A stretch of DNA of 64,000 nt from Octopus sinensis (Eukaryota), in assembly GCF_006345805.1 (NCBI RefSeq), contig NC_042997.1, positions 194,866,001 to 194,930,000 on the forward strand, given 5' to 3'. A program made the translations under genes and the position numbers. Positions within the stretch are counted from its first letter, which is position 1, and every line of letters starts with the position of its first letter. Of this stretch, positions 12,695 through 24,729 are shown piece by piece. The notes beneath the pieces are model-generated. The model was not told where the DNA came from. It made no database searches and worked only from the letters and a program-made list of their open reading frames with translations.

Positions 12695-12729
12695 GTTTCT
12701 GACGAAGAGCTCCGCTCGAAACGTAAAAC
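12695..12729 (+). ncRNA. Minimal type I hammerhead ribozyme motif
   Basis: GTTT-CTGACGA-A-GAGC(TCC)GCTC-GAAA-CG-T-A-AAAC; homologous copy at 62004-62038. Confidence 0.7.
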
Positions 12730-12853
12730 CCTCCTTCTTCCCTTCCTTCCTGAGCGTCCAATAATATTATATTTGTTCCACGTCCTCGCGTTGTTGTGTT
12801 TTTTTCTTTGTGTTTTCATGTTTGGATTAACTGTGTGTATATATATATATATA

Positions 12854-13211
12854 CTAGCAGTATCGCCCGGCGTTGCTCAGGTTTGTAAGGGAAATAACTA
12901 TAAAGCATTTTTAGAGAGTTATAGCCAAAAAATGGAAAAAAATATGGTAAATTTTTTTTTGAGAGTTAAAAAAGGATGGAGTTGCGTCCCCTAGACAGTT
13001 TGTGGTTCGTGTTTCTGATTCTCGACCCCATGTCGAATTTATCGATTTTTTTTCAGAACTGGGGGAACTTTTCAAAATTTTGGCTGCGTTAGTTTTGAAT
13101 TATGACATTGGGCTATGTGTGTGTCAAGTTTCATCAGAATCGGTTGAAAGCCGTGGTCAGGGTGAGGGTACAAGCAAACAGACACACAGAAACACGCACA
13201 GACAAACTGCC

Positions 13212-13249
<38 letters not shown>
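12854..13249 (-). mobile_element. Non-autonomous Helitron
   Basis: 3' CTAG followed by T, preceded by hairpin CCTGAGCAACGCCGGG; 5' (TA)n-AAACGGCAGTTTGTCTGT start typical of animal Helitrons. Confidence 0.8.
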
Positions 13250-13251
<2 letters not shown>

Positions 13252-13405
13252 TTTTTCGCCTTTATTATCCATATTCATGCCACTGGTCCTTCCAAGTTAT
13301 TGTTCTTAGCTCATTATCATTTACTATTATGAAAGTTATCCTTAGGCCACGTGTTCTATTCTGTCTAAACAACTCGTCAGCTGGATTCGAGGTAGAACAA
13401 CTACT

Positions 13406-13450
13406 GCTGTGCTGATGACGCCTATTAAAGTAGAGAAACACGTCTACAGC
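13406..13450 (+). ncRNA. Hammerhead ribozyme motif with damaged stem II
   Basis: 6-bp stem I GCTGTG/TACAGC, CTGATGA, CTA/TAG remnant of stem II, GAAA-CAC-GT-C (GUC triplet). Confidence 0.55.
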
Positions 13451-13811
13451 TGTAGCCTTGTTTCCAGGCAGTTAAACTGTCTTTTCTTTAATGGCATGCG
13501 AATTTCTGAGAAAATTCTTGATTCTTGAGATTATTCTCTCCCGCTTCTTATTTCGAGTTAGCCGCAATTACGACAAACCATTCATTTTATTCTTTCCTCG
13601 AAGAGGATGAAAATTTCTATAATTCGAAAATTTATCTATTATACATATACGCAGCGCTATGCGTGTGGCAAGTTTTCTACGGCCGGATGCCCTTCCTGAC
13701 GCTAACCCCCACCTGTTGCCAAGCAAGGTAGTTTATAATATTTCATAACTGTTTTTTTCGTTTTTATTGTCTATTAACCGCTGCACGTCATTCACACACA
13801 CACACACACAC

Positions 13812-13875
<64 letters not shown>

Positions 13876-14020
13876 GGTAAATCTTTAACTTAACGTGGAA
13901 GACTTGGTAGAACAGCGAATACTGCGTTTTTAGCCTAGAGAGATCATCTCAAGCACACAGTGCATAAAAGCACAGACATATATCGTTGCAGACGAGAACC
14001 GTCTGTTATGGGGCCTGCAA

Positions 14021-14066
14021 CTCCCATATCACGTGATTTCAGTCAACTGGACATCATCAGTGGGAA
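14021..14066 (-). ncRNA. Well-formed minimal type I hammerhead ribozyme motif
   Basis: TTCCCA-CTGATGA-T-GTC(CAGTT)GAC-T-GAAA-TCACGTGA-T-A-TGGGAG; 6-bp stem I, 10-nt palindromic stem III. Confidence 0.75.
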
Positions 14067-14169
14067 GCGAATACAGACAGCGAACCCAACAAATCTCGCT
14101 GCCTTGATATGTAGAATATCAACATCTTTTCAGACACTGGTGTTGCAAATGGCCAGCAGGCTTTGCGAA

Positions 14170-14548
14170 GACCTGTTTGAGGCAAGTGAAGTCGAAATCA
14201 AATTCGATGACTGGCATCCGTGCTAGTGGGGAGCAAAGAGCACCATACGAGCGTGATTGTTGCCAAAGCGGTCAACTGGTTCCGTGCCGGTGGCACGTAA
14301 AAGGCACCATTTAAGTGTGGCCGTTGCCAGTACCGCCTGACTGGCCCCCGTGCCGGTGGCACGTAAAAGCACCCACTACACTCTCGGAGTGGTTGGAGTT
14401 AGGAAAGGCATCCAGCTGTAGAAACTCTGCCAGATCAAAATTGGAGCCTGGTGCAGCCATCTGATTCACCAGCCCTCAGTCAAATCGTCCAACCCATGCT
14501 AGCATGGAAAGCGGACGTTAAACGATGATGATGATGATGATGATGATC
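14170..14548 (+). mobile_element. RTE LINE 3' UTR (family C) with (GAT)n tail
   Basis: Repeated GTGCCGGTGGCACGTAAAA modules, GGCATCCAGCTGTAGAAA, GGACGTTAAAC(GAT)n; other copies (52100-52535, 58800-59125) are joined to the RTE ORF end NDRDLW.YAMLEKTRQAK. Confidence 0.85.
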
Positions 14549-14895
14549 AGTATTAATACCAAAAGATAATTTTTTATATCTAACTTAACGAAGTTATCTT
14601 GTTAGAACGCCGAAAACTATATTATTAGCCATGAGAGATCTTCCCATACAGGTGTATGGTGCATAAAAGCATAAGTATATATATCGTAGCACACGATAAT
14701 ATAATGATTGTTGGATATAAAAATTGTCTTTTGGTACTACTAATACTGCTTCCATCGATAATAATTGATTCATCGAACGATTGTACGCACATAAGTCGAA
14801 ATCGACGGCAGAGCTCGTCAAGGTCGATTGATAAGGAACAGACAAGGTTCTGAGATGAAAAGGTTCGCTTCGCAGCCAAGTGGTTTCGCAACCAA

Positions 14896-15300
14896 GGCGG
14901 CGAGCTGGCAGAAACGTTAGCATGCCGGGTGAAATACTTAGCGGTATTTCGTCTGCCGCTACGTTCTGTGTTCAAATTCCGCCGAGGTCGACTTTGCCTT
15001 TCATCCTTTCGGGGTCGATTAAATAAGTACCAGTTACGCACTGAGGTCGATATAATCGACTTAATCCGTTTGTCTGTCCTTGTTTGTCCTATCTGTGTTT
15101 AGCCCCTTGTGGATAGTAAAGAAATAGGTATTTCGTCTGCCGCTACGTTCTGAGTTCAAATTCTGCCAAGGTCGACTTTGCCTTTCATCCTTTCAAGGTC
15201 GATAAATTAAGGACCAGTTACGCACTGGGGTCGATATAATCGACTTAATCCGTTTGTCTGTCCCCTCTGTGTCTAGCCCCTTGTGGACTCTAAAGAAATA
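14896..15300 (+). mobile_element. tRNA-derived SINE family B, head-to-tail dimer
   Basis: Head GGCGGCGAGCTGGCAGAA...GTTCAAATTCCGCC; central TTTCATCCTTTCGGGGTCGAT..AAGTACCAG (Meta/MESC-like); second unit starts at 15127. Confidence 0.9.
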
Positions 15301-15921
15301 AATAAGTGGTTTCGATTTCAGTTCCCACTGCCGGCCAACACCACGTGAGTAAATTTATTAAACGGAAACTATATGGATGGCCGTCATGTGTACATATTTG
15401 TGTATGTGTGCGCGCGATTTTTTGTGATTACTCCCCACCGCACTGCTTTGCAACCGGTGTTGGTTTTTTACGTCCCCGTAACTTAGTGATTTGACAAAAG
15501 AATCCGTTAGAATAATAACCAAAGTTTTTTTTAAAAAAGTAAGTACTGATAGTCGATTTGATGAGCCACACCCTTCGAGGCAGTGCTCCAGTATGGCTGC
15601 AGTCAAATGATCGAATCAAGTAAAAGAAAAACGACAGAATATCCCTGAGGAGAGGCAAGCGAGATTTGAAACAACAGATCCTTTTCAATACACGATATAG
15701 GCACAGGTGTAGTGAGAATTTACAAAAAAAAAAAAAAAAAGACGAAGACGGTTGTGTAAACAACAAACAGATGTAACTGCGCGGTAAGAAGCTTGTTCCC
15801 CAACCACATGTTTCTGGGTTCAATCCCACGGCATGGCACCTTGGGTGAGTGTTTTCTGCTATAGCCACAGGCCGACCAAAACTGTGTGAGTAGATCTAGT
15901 TGACAGAAACTGAAAGAAGCC

Positions 15922-16162
15922 GGAGGTGGAAGCGGCGAGCTGGCAGAATCGTTAGCACGCCGGGTGCAATGCTTAGCGGTATTCCGTCTGCTGTTACGTT
16001 CTGAGTTCAAATTCTGCCGAGGTCGACTTTGCCTTTCATCCTTTCGGGGTCGATTAAATAAGTACCAGTTACACACTGATGTCGTTATAATCGACTTAAT
16101 CCGTTTGTCCTTGTTTGTCCCCTCTGTGTGTAGTCCCTTGTGGGTAGTAAAGAAATAAGAAG
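15922..16162 (+). mobile_element. SINE B nested inside a SINE A
   Basis: 12-bp TSD CTGAAAGAAGCC at 15910-15921 and 16163-16174. Confidence 0.9.
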
Positions 16163-16187
16163 CTGAAAGAAGCCTTCTGTATATATA

Positions 16188-16585
16188 GGCGTGGCTGTGT
16201 GATAAGAAGCTTGCTTCCCAACCACATGGTTCCGGGTTCAGTCTCACTGTGTGGTACCTTGGGCAAGCGTCTTCTACTATAGCCTCGGGCCGACCAAAGC
16301 CTTGTAAGTGGATTTGGTTGACGGAAACTGAAAGAAGCATGTCGTGTATAAATATATATGTATATATTTATGTGTATGTGTCTGTGTTTGTCCTCCCCGC
16401 CATCGCTTGATAACCGATGCTGGTGTGTTTACGTCCCCGTAACTTAGCGGTTGCGATAGAAACCGATAAAATAAGTACTAGGCTTACAAAGAATAAGCCC
16501 TGGGGTTGACTACATCAACTAAAAACCCTTAAAGGTGGTGCTTCAACATGGTCGCAGTCAAATGACCGAAACAAATAAAAGGATA
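16188..16585 (+). mobile_element. SINE family A, full length
   Basis: Colinear with the 7038-7435 copy. Confidence 0.88.
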
Positions 16586-16884
16586 TCTGAGTGTGTTTGT
16601 ATATATGTTGGTCTACCACCACCGCTTGACAACCGGTGTTAGTGTGTTTATGTCCCCGTAACATAGCCGTTCGCAAAATGAACCGAAAAAATAAGTACCA
16701 GGTTAAAAAAAAATTAACACTGGGATTGATTCACTCGACTAAAAATTCTTCAATGTGGTGCCCCAGCATGACCGCAGTCTAATGACTGAAACAAGTAAAA
16801 AATAAAAGATAAAATAATACCATACAATAATGAATCTATGCATTACAATATAAAACGAGAATACTAAAAATGAACCCGACCGCT

Positions 16885-17110
16885 CTCAAAAATTTAAGTT
16901 TAAAAAAAAAAACGGAAAAATAATCCAGAATCCTTGCCCGGTACCGGATCGATCCCCAAATCTAATCAGTTCGTACCAGTCACGTGACCAAACATCCCTG
17001 AAAGTTTCATCCGAATCCATTGAGCAGTTCTTGAGATATCTTATCCACGGACAAACAAAGAAACAAACACGACTGAAAACAATACCTCCACCAAAGGCGG
17101 AGGTAATAAA
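16885..17110 (+). mobile_element. Probable non-autonomous Helitron/Helentron-type element
   Basis: AAGTTTCAT..GAATC motif shared with the 12.9-kb Helitron, (ACAA)n stretch, 3' hairpin TACCTCC/GGAGGTA at 17083-17105. Confidence 0.55.
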
Positions 17111-17289
17111 GAGACAAGCATGAAACTTGTGCCGTTCAGGTACGAGGACCAAATGCAAATTATAGTGCGCAAATCACAATGTTTAGCGGTCAGGCCACAA
17201 CGTTCTGAGATCGCAATGCAAAACTTTACAATACATAATTCTCAAGAATTTACAGGATACACAATTTCAGTGTACATAATACAAATTTA

Positions 17290-17860
17290 AAATTATTATT
17301 ATTATTGTGTGAGAGAGCAGTGCATGCCATCAAAGTAACACTGGGGTAAAATATACGAAGCCCAATGTATACCCATCATGACTACCCGTCTGATAAGGGT
17401 ACACCAGGCACATGCATTACAACCATATGTGCGTGACATGGTGATCTCATATCAAGATAAGCAGCGCATGACCTTGCAGGTGGGGGACCCAATTAGAATT
17501 TTCTTCTGGTCGAGTAACCCATCCCGCTCAAAAGGTCCCTGAATAAGGGTTGTTTAAGGATGTTTGTTGAACGAAACACCCATGTTTCCAGAGGTGAATT
17601 ATTCAAACCCCAAAGAATCTCTCTCAACACATGGCTATGATGCTCTCCCACTACTTCTGCTCGTGGTCAGAGATGCATATATTGTCAGCCACTAAGGGAC
17701 ATGCTCAAGTGGTTAAGGTCAAACAACTGACAAGCAAATCTGTGGTATTGAACAGAATATTTGCTGTAGCCCATCTTTTATACCAAGACGAAACAATGTA
17801 CATGATAACACTTCCAGTCAGTTAAGATCAGAAGCCATGAGAGCCATTGCCTGGTACTGC
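17290..17860 (-). mobile_element. Probable unclassified retroposon with (AAT)n tail
   Basis: Complex sequence bounded by (TTA)n runs; single copy in the window, recognised only from recollection as an Octopus interspersed repeat. Confidence 0.35.
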
Positions 17861-17869
17861 ATCAGAGCT

Positions 17870-18120
17870 TATTATTATGACCAGGCTCCCGTGGCTTTTA
17901 TGGGTTTTTCCATGTGAGACCTTTTCTTTTTTCGTAACGCCTCCCCCCATTTGGGATTTTTTCGTTATTATATTTTCGTTGTTAAACTGCCTTTTTACTC
18001 GATTTTTACAAAAACGGACAAAACCTTTTGTAACCTTTCGTCTTGTTTTGTCCCTTTATGTTTTCTAATCATATTCGTCAGTCCTTGTGGCCAATAAAAA
18101 GAATTAATTATTATTATTAT

Positions 18121-18125
<5 letters not shown>
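17870..18125 (+). mobile_element. Possible L1/Tx1-like 3' end
   Basis: T-rich UTR ending CCTTGTGGCCAATAAAAAG followed by (TTA)n/(GTA)n. Confidence 0.35.
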
Positions 18126-18163
<38 letters not shown>

Positions 18164-18832
18164 TTTGGTGGTGGTGGTGGTGGTGGTGGTAGCGGCAGCA
18201 GCAGTAGTAATAATAGAAGTAAATACAGCTATCAAAGTAATCCAAGTATGGCATATTACCGTTGCAAGTCGGTGCACATTACCGGCAGGGTAAAAATAGG
18301 GGTGGAGGAGTATACCCAATTTGAAAGTGAGTAATATCAGTTTACACAAAGGGAACAGGGTAATTAAAGTAATGTATAAAGTATGAAATATCACCATGTT
18401 GCATTTTGGTACGCATCATTATTAGAGTAACAGGATATGGTGACGTTAGCCTGACCACGTGCTCTGTGAAACTCTTCCGCTGTGGGTGACTGCATCGTAT
18501 GCACATTGCATTAGCAGATTCGTGTTTTAGCTGAGTGTTTATTGCAATATTAATCTCTTTCACTCTTTCACTTGTTTGTCATTTGACTGCGGCCATACTG
18601 GAGCACCGCCTTTAGTCGAGCAAATCGACCCCAGGACTAATTCTTTGTAAGCCTAGTACTTATTCTATCGGTCTCTCGGTCTCTTTTGCCGAATTGCTAA
18701 GTTACGGGGACGTAAACATACCAGCATGGATTGTCAAGCGATGGTGGGGGTACAAACACAGACACACAAACATACATGCATGCATACATACATACATACA
18801 TACATACATCATACATACATACATACATATAT

Positions 18833-18872
<40 letters not shown>

Positions 18873-19068
18873 ACATACATACATTATATTAAATTAGAGA
18901 TAAAACCACTATTAGGCAAATCAAACAGAGAAAATCATAAGCTAATATATAGAAATAAAATTAATTAATAAAAAATATATAAAAATATAAAATTCCAAAT
19001 TAAAATATTTAAATTAAAGTTAAAATTTTTTAAAATTATTTAAATTAATAATTTAAACTTATAAATTT

Positions 19069-19106
<38 letters not shown>

Positions 19107-19804
19107 TTATTATTATATAACTATCAAAAAGTCGTCTACCAAATCCACTCGCAAGGCTTTGGTCGGCCCGAGGCTATAGTAGAAGATACTTGCCCAAGGT
19201 TCCACACAGTGGTTGGTAAGCAAGCTACTTACCACACAGCCACTCATTCCTTGAATTCGCTTCCATGAACACTTACACTCACAACTGTCTGGCGAACGTT
19301 TCAGAAGCTTTTTTCGGCTTCAATAAAATAGTGTGTGTGTGTGTATGTGTGTGCAAACATACACACACCATACATGTATACATATGTTTGTATGTTTGTC
19401 TGCCAAAACGTGTCAAAGACGATAATAAGCAATGAGACGGACGTATGGAAAGATAGACGGCTAGATACACATATAAAATTATATAAATATATATATATAT
19501 ATAAAACTATGACTATATGGATACAAATGGAGAGGGGAAATATACAGATATACAGAAGCAGTAATAGATAGAAAGATAAATAAATAGATCAGAAAATAAA
19601 ATGAGATACTAAAAGACAGACGGATACTTGGGCCAGACAAAAACAGACAGACAGAAGACAGAAAGAGATACATTGTGAAAAATTGCCTGATCGACAAGAA
19701 ATATACTCTTACTGAAGTTAGCAAAATGAAACAGTATAATTTTCTTTTATTCTTTTAGTATGTTGATGTGTATATATGTGTGTTTGTATATTTCTTTCTT
19801 TTTT

Positions 19805-20192
19805 TTCTTTTTCCGTGTTTCAGTCACTTTGACTGCGGCCATGCTGGAGCACCGTCTTTAATCGGGCAACTCGACCCCAGGACTTATTCTTTTGTAAGCC
19901 CAGTACTTATTCTATCGGTCTCTTTTGCCGAACCGCTAAGTAACGTAGACATAAACACACCAGCATCGGTTGTCAAACAATGCCAGGGGGACAAACACAG
20001 ACACACACACATATATATATACATATATACGACAGGCTTCTTTCAGTTTCCGTCTACCAAATCCACTCACAAGGCTTTGGTCGGCCCGAGGCTATAGTAG
20101 AAGACACGCGCCCAAGGTGCCACGCAGTGGGACTGAACCCAGAACCATGTGGTTGGTAAGCAAGCTACTTACCACACAGCCAATCCTGCGCC
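19805..20192 (-). mobile_element. SINE family A, full length
   Basis: Reverse complement of the 7038-7435 copy. Confidence 0.9.
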
Positions 20193-20583
20193 TATATGTG
20201 TGTGTTTGTGTATACTTTCGTTGGCCACTTGCAGGCATGTGTGTGTGTATGTATGTATGTATGTATGTATGTATGTATGTATGTATGTATGTATGTCTCT
20301 TTTTATCACTTAGCTTCTAATTGGACTGAGGCCATGCTGGGGCACAGATTTAGCCGTAGAAATAGACTCCAGTTGTTATATTTTAAGTTCATTATTTATT
20401 CTGTCGATACTTTTTCGAACCGCTAGGTTACGGGGATGGAAACAAACCACCACTGGTTGTCAAGTAGTGGGAGCGGAACAAACACAGAAACACACACGCA
20501 CGCACACACATAAACTGTCGTCTAAATTAGGCAAAAATGAAAATAACACTGACATCTCATTTTAACAAAATTACATAAAAATA

Positions 20584-20978
20584 GGATCTTTTCGGTTTGA
20601 ACGGCAGTTTTTTAAAATAATTTCTTTGTAACTAAACACTTTTAAACTTCGTATACTGGTAGTATGTGTTTATAAGACATCTTTTTCTCTTGGCTTTATT
20701 GAGAAAATTCTATAGTTTGTAAGATATTTGTTCTTTAATTTCTCGCATTTCGGCAATTTCAACCAAATTATTGTTGACAACGATCCGGAGATATTGGATT
20801 CATCTCAATAGTCATCATTGATTGGTTGAAATTGCCGAAATGCAAGGAATTAAAGAACAAATATCTTACAAACTACAGAATTTTCTCAAGAAAGCCAAGA
20901 GAAAAAGATGTTTTATAAACAAATTCTACCAGTATACGAAGTTTAAAAGTGTTTAGTTACAAAGAAATTATGTTAAAA
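20584..20978. mobile_element. GGATC-family foldback MITE lacking the right terminal TIR
   Basis: Left TIR intact; inverted arms of about 160 bp (20607-20765 and 20820-20978). Confidence 0.85.
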
Positions 20979-21199
20979 AGGAAAATGTCACTTGTATTTG
21001 AACATTATGCAAATATTCTTTTAGAAAGGCTTTTCTTTTAAGTTTTCCAAAATTTAATTGTTTTCCATACTTACAGTTGAAAAAGTTTCAATGACTGAAA
21101 CCGGTACTGAAATGTTTTTTATAAAATTATTTTAGCATTTTCTACCTTGACTTTTTTTCCATATATATATATATATAAAACACAAAATGCGAGGGGTAA

Positions 21200-21810
21200 A
21201 TTGTCGCTATTTTATATTTTTAATTTCGCGCTTGTGCATTGTTTGTTTTGATTTTGTCGACTACACAGTATAGTAGGGTCACTTGGGTACCGCATGAGAG
21301 AAAAACAGCACCATGACGCAATTCATTCTGTCGGAAATATGCTGTGCTGCTTAGCATTCTGCACCGGAGGCTCCAACACGAACATTTCAGAGTGTTTGGG
21401 TGTCAATCTAAGGACAGTGCAATCTGAGGACATGTACCGAAAGTGATAGAAATCAAACATACAATAACATCATGGTGTTTGGAGTGATCACTAGTGATGG
21501 CGACGTTATGCCTCCATTCATCTTCCCACACGACCTCAGACTCAACACGGAGGCCTACATCAAGTGCCTGGCGGAGGTAGTGGTGCCCTGGATCAAGAGG
21601 GTGGATGCTAGAAGCCCTGTGTCTGGCAACAGGACTCTGCACCATGCCACACAAGCAGGAGAAGCCAGACATGGCTGTCAGATAATTTCTGCGACCACAT
21701 CAACCTTAACATCTGGCCACCTAACTTCCCAAACTGCACCCATCCCCCTAATTATTTGTGTGGAGCACAGTTGTGCGAGAGACCAACAAAACTCCTTGTA
21801 CACCAAAAAT
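21200..21810 (+). mobile_element. Internally deleted Tc1/mariner (maT/DD37D-like) element
   Basis: MVFGVITSDGDVMPPFIFPHDLRLNTEAYIKCL, then frameshifted VWQQDSAPCHTSRRSQTWLSDNF..IWPPN and VWSTVVRETNK. Confidence 0.85.
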
Positions 21811-22146
21811 GACCCCAGTGCGAAAATGGTACTTTATTTATCGACCCCGAAAGGATGAAAGGCAAAGTCGACCTCGGCGGAACTTGAACTCAGAACGTAT
21901 CGACGGTCGAAATACCTATTTCTTTACTACCCACAAGGGGCTAAACACAGAGAGGACAAACAAGAACAGACAAACGGATTAAGTCGATTATATCGAACCC
22001 AGTACGTAACTGGTACTTAATTTATCGACCCCGAAAGGATGAAAGGCAAAGTCGACCTCGGCGGAACTTGAACTCAGAACGTTACGGTAGACGAAATACA
22101 GCTAAGCATTTCGCCCGCGTGCTAACGTTTCTGCCAGCTCGCCGCC
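21811..22146 (-). mobile_element. SINE B dimer
   Basis: Junction at 21916/21917 identical in type to 15126/15127. Confidence 0.88.
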
Positions 22147-22827
22147 TTATACGTATGTATGTGTATAGCGGTAAGATGTGCGTTAACAAGACAGAGAAGG
22201 CTGCTTGTGGCGATTCTTTTACTAGTTTCAGCTCGGCAGCTGCAGTCATGCAGGGAACACCGCCGTTAGGACTTAATTTCTGGATTTATCGCAATGAATT
22301 GGCGAAAGACAGATCTTGTTACAAATTTTACTTAACCGTTATGTAATTACACAACTGACACGAGTTGGAAGTAAACAAAAGTTTGCATTGTGGATGACAG
22401 CTTTGATTGAGAATCTCTTGTCCAGTTCTGAAAGTAGTCTGTCACTAATTGTGTGGAAGGGGGAAGATGAATGATGCAAAGCTCATGCGTAAAAAAATTG
22501 TTAATGTGTACGTGTGTATGTGTGAAAATTAAATACCTGACTTCTACGATGACAAGTAAACTATCTAAAAATAATAGAAGGAAAGAGCATTTTTGTTTTT
22601 TTACAGGTATTTCGGATATATACCTGTGTTGGTTGCAGTTGAACTAGATCACTGAAAATATAATTGAACGGGTTATCTGGATTAAACTCTAACTCACCCT
22701 AGACGGTGGTGAATTTGACAGGTTATACAAACAAATTTTGAGTGCAAATTCCAAAAGCAATAGGAAACGAACACGAAGCCCGCGGTTTTGATTCTTGAAT
22801 ACGAATCCGTTGGATATCTTCTACAGT

Positions 22828-23444
22828 AGGCGCACGAGTGGCTGTGTGGTAAGTAGCTTGCTTACCAATCACATGGTTCTGGGTTCAGTTCCACTGCGTG
22901 GCACATTGGGCAAGTGTCTTCTGCTATAGCCTCGGGCCGACCAAAGCCTTGTGAGTAGATTTCGTAGACGGAAACTGAAAGAAGCCCGTCGTATATATAT
23001 ATATGTATGTATGTGTGTGTGTATACGTTTGTATGTCTTTGTTTGTCGCCCCAACATCGCTTGACAACCGATGCTGATGTTTACGTCTCCTTAACTTAGC
23101 GGTTCGGCAAAAGAGACCGATAGAATAAGTACTAGGCTTACAAAGAATAAGTCGATTTGCTCGACTAAAAGCGGTGCTCCAGCATGGCCGCGGTCAAATG
23201 ACTGAAACAAGTAAAGACTAATTGTAAGTATACATATATATATATATACACACAATTGTAGAAGATGTATATATATATGTATTACTTCAAATATAAGAAA
23301 TCAGTTACTTGATCAGCAACTCTCGTGTAACTTTGCAAAGTAACAGAGGTATCTCAGCACTACTATATTCAGTCTCTTATGCTAAGTCAAGTTCCATAAT
23401 TCCACTAACAACTGATGTATCCCCTGGGTAGCAAGTTGGGAATG
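22828..23444 (+). repeat. SINE A plus about 230 bp of 3' flank, duplicate copy 1
   Basis: Colinear with 23928-24544, including non-SINE flank. Confidence 0.88.
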
Positions 23445-23927
23445 TTCTATAGATGTGTAAGACAGATGGGCTATAAAACGATGCACCAGTCGAATAAATA
23501 ATCATAAACCAAAACCAACAAAACTATCAGAATGCAGTTGGTCAATTCTGTCGGGCTGGACCTTAAGAATTCTGTAGAAATTTTTTATGACTCTTTGACA
23601 AGAAAGGTGAAAGCTACTTCAGATAATTTTGTCGTCACTGAGGGTATGCATTAATGAGTTTAGATAAAACTGAGACCCAGCTGTCCTCTGCAGTTTTCTG
23701 TTGACCTTCTCCTCTTAGGTCTTTGCTTGTTATACAGAGAATAGAAATAACAGTTGATAGTCAAGAGGTGCAATTTTAGAATGCATGGAGCCCCTATTAC
23801 CATTATAAATAACTAATTTCAAAGGCTTTAACTTTTTCCTCTGTTTCACATTCCAGTTTCTATGGTATTGAGTATGCTATGACCGAATAACCATTGATGT
23901 AAACGTTCCTTATATGTACTATGATAA

Positions 23928-24544
23928 GAGGAGTGGCTGTGTGGTAAGTAGCTTGCTTGCCAACCACATGGTTCCGGGTTCAGTCCCACTGTGTGGTACC
24001 TTCGGCAAGTGTCTTCTACTATAGCCTCGGGCCAGCCAAAGCCTTGTGAGTAGATTTCGTAGACGGAAACTGAAAGAAGCCCATCGTATATATGTATATA
24101 TATATATGTGTGTATGTATATGTTTGTGTGTATGTGTTTGTCCCCCCAACATTGCTTGACAACCGATGCTGGTGTGTTTACGTCCCCGTAACTTAGTAGT
24201 TCGGCAAAAGAGACTGATGGAATAAGTACTAGGCTTACAAAGAATAAGTCCTGGGGTCGATTTGCTCGACTAAAGGCGGTGCTCCAGCATGGCCGCAGTC
24301 AAATGACTGAAACAAGTAAAGACTAATTGTAAGTATATATATATATACACACAAAATTGTAGAAGATGTATATATATATGTATTACTTCCAATATAAGAA
24401 ATCAGTTACTTGATCAGCAACTCTCGTGTAACTTTGCAAAGTAACAGAGGTATCTCAGCACTACTATATTCTGTCTCAGTACTGAGTCAAGTTCCATAAT
24501 CCTACTAACAGCTGATGCATCCCCTGGGTAGCAGGTTGGGAATG
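23928..24544 (+). repeat. SINE A plus about 230 bp of 3' flank, duplicate copy 2
   Basis: Shares the diagnostic GTAGATTTCGTAGACGG variant with copy 1. Confidence 0.88.
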
Positions 24545-24729
24545 CACAAATTTCACTTGAGTCAGGGAGCCTTACTTAAGGACAGCATTGCCTGCCTAAA
24601 TTTAGGATGGAAACTATAAAAGATGTCCTGAAGGAAGCTTCCCTTATCTTGAACTCTGTCTGGAAATCATACCTGGCAAGTCATCCCTCACTATGCACTT
24701 GAGAATCATACTCTAAACAGACAAAAAAA

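Noticed and set aside
14896-15300. Regularly spaced repeats resembling a CRISPR array
   Set aside because: Eukaryotic SINE multimers without unique spacers or cas genes
19280-19325. GAAGC/GCTTC hairpin followed by GAAACGT on the minus strand
   Set aside because: CUGANGA half of the core is missing
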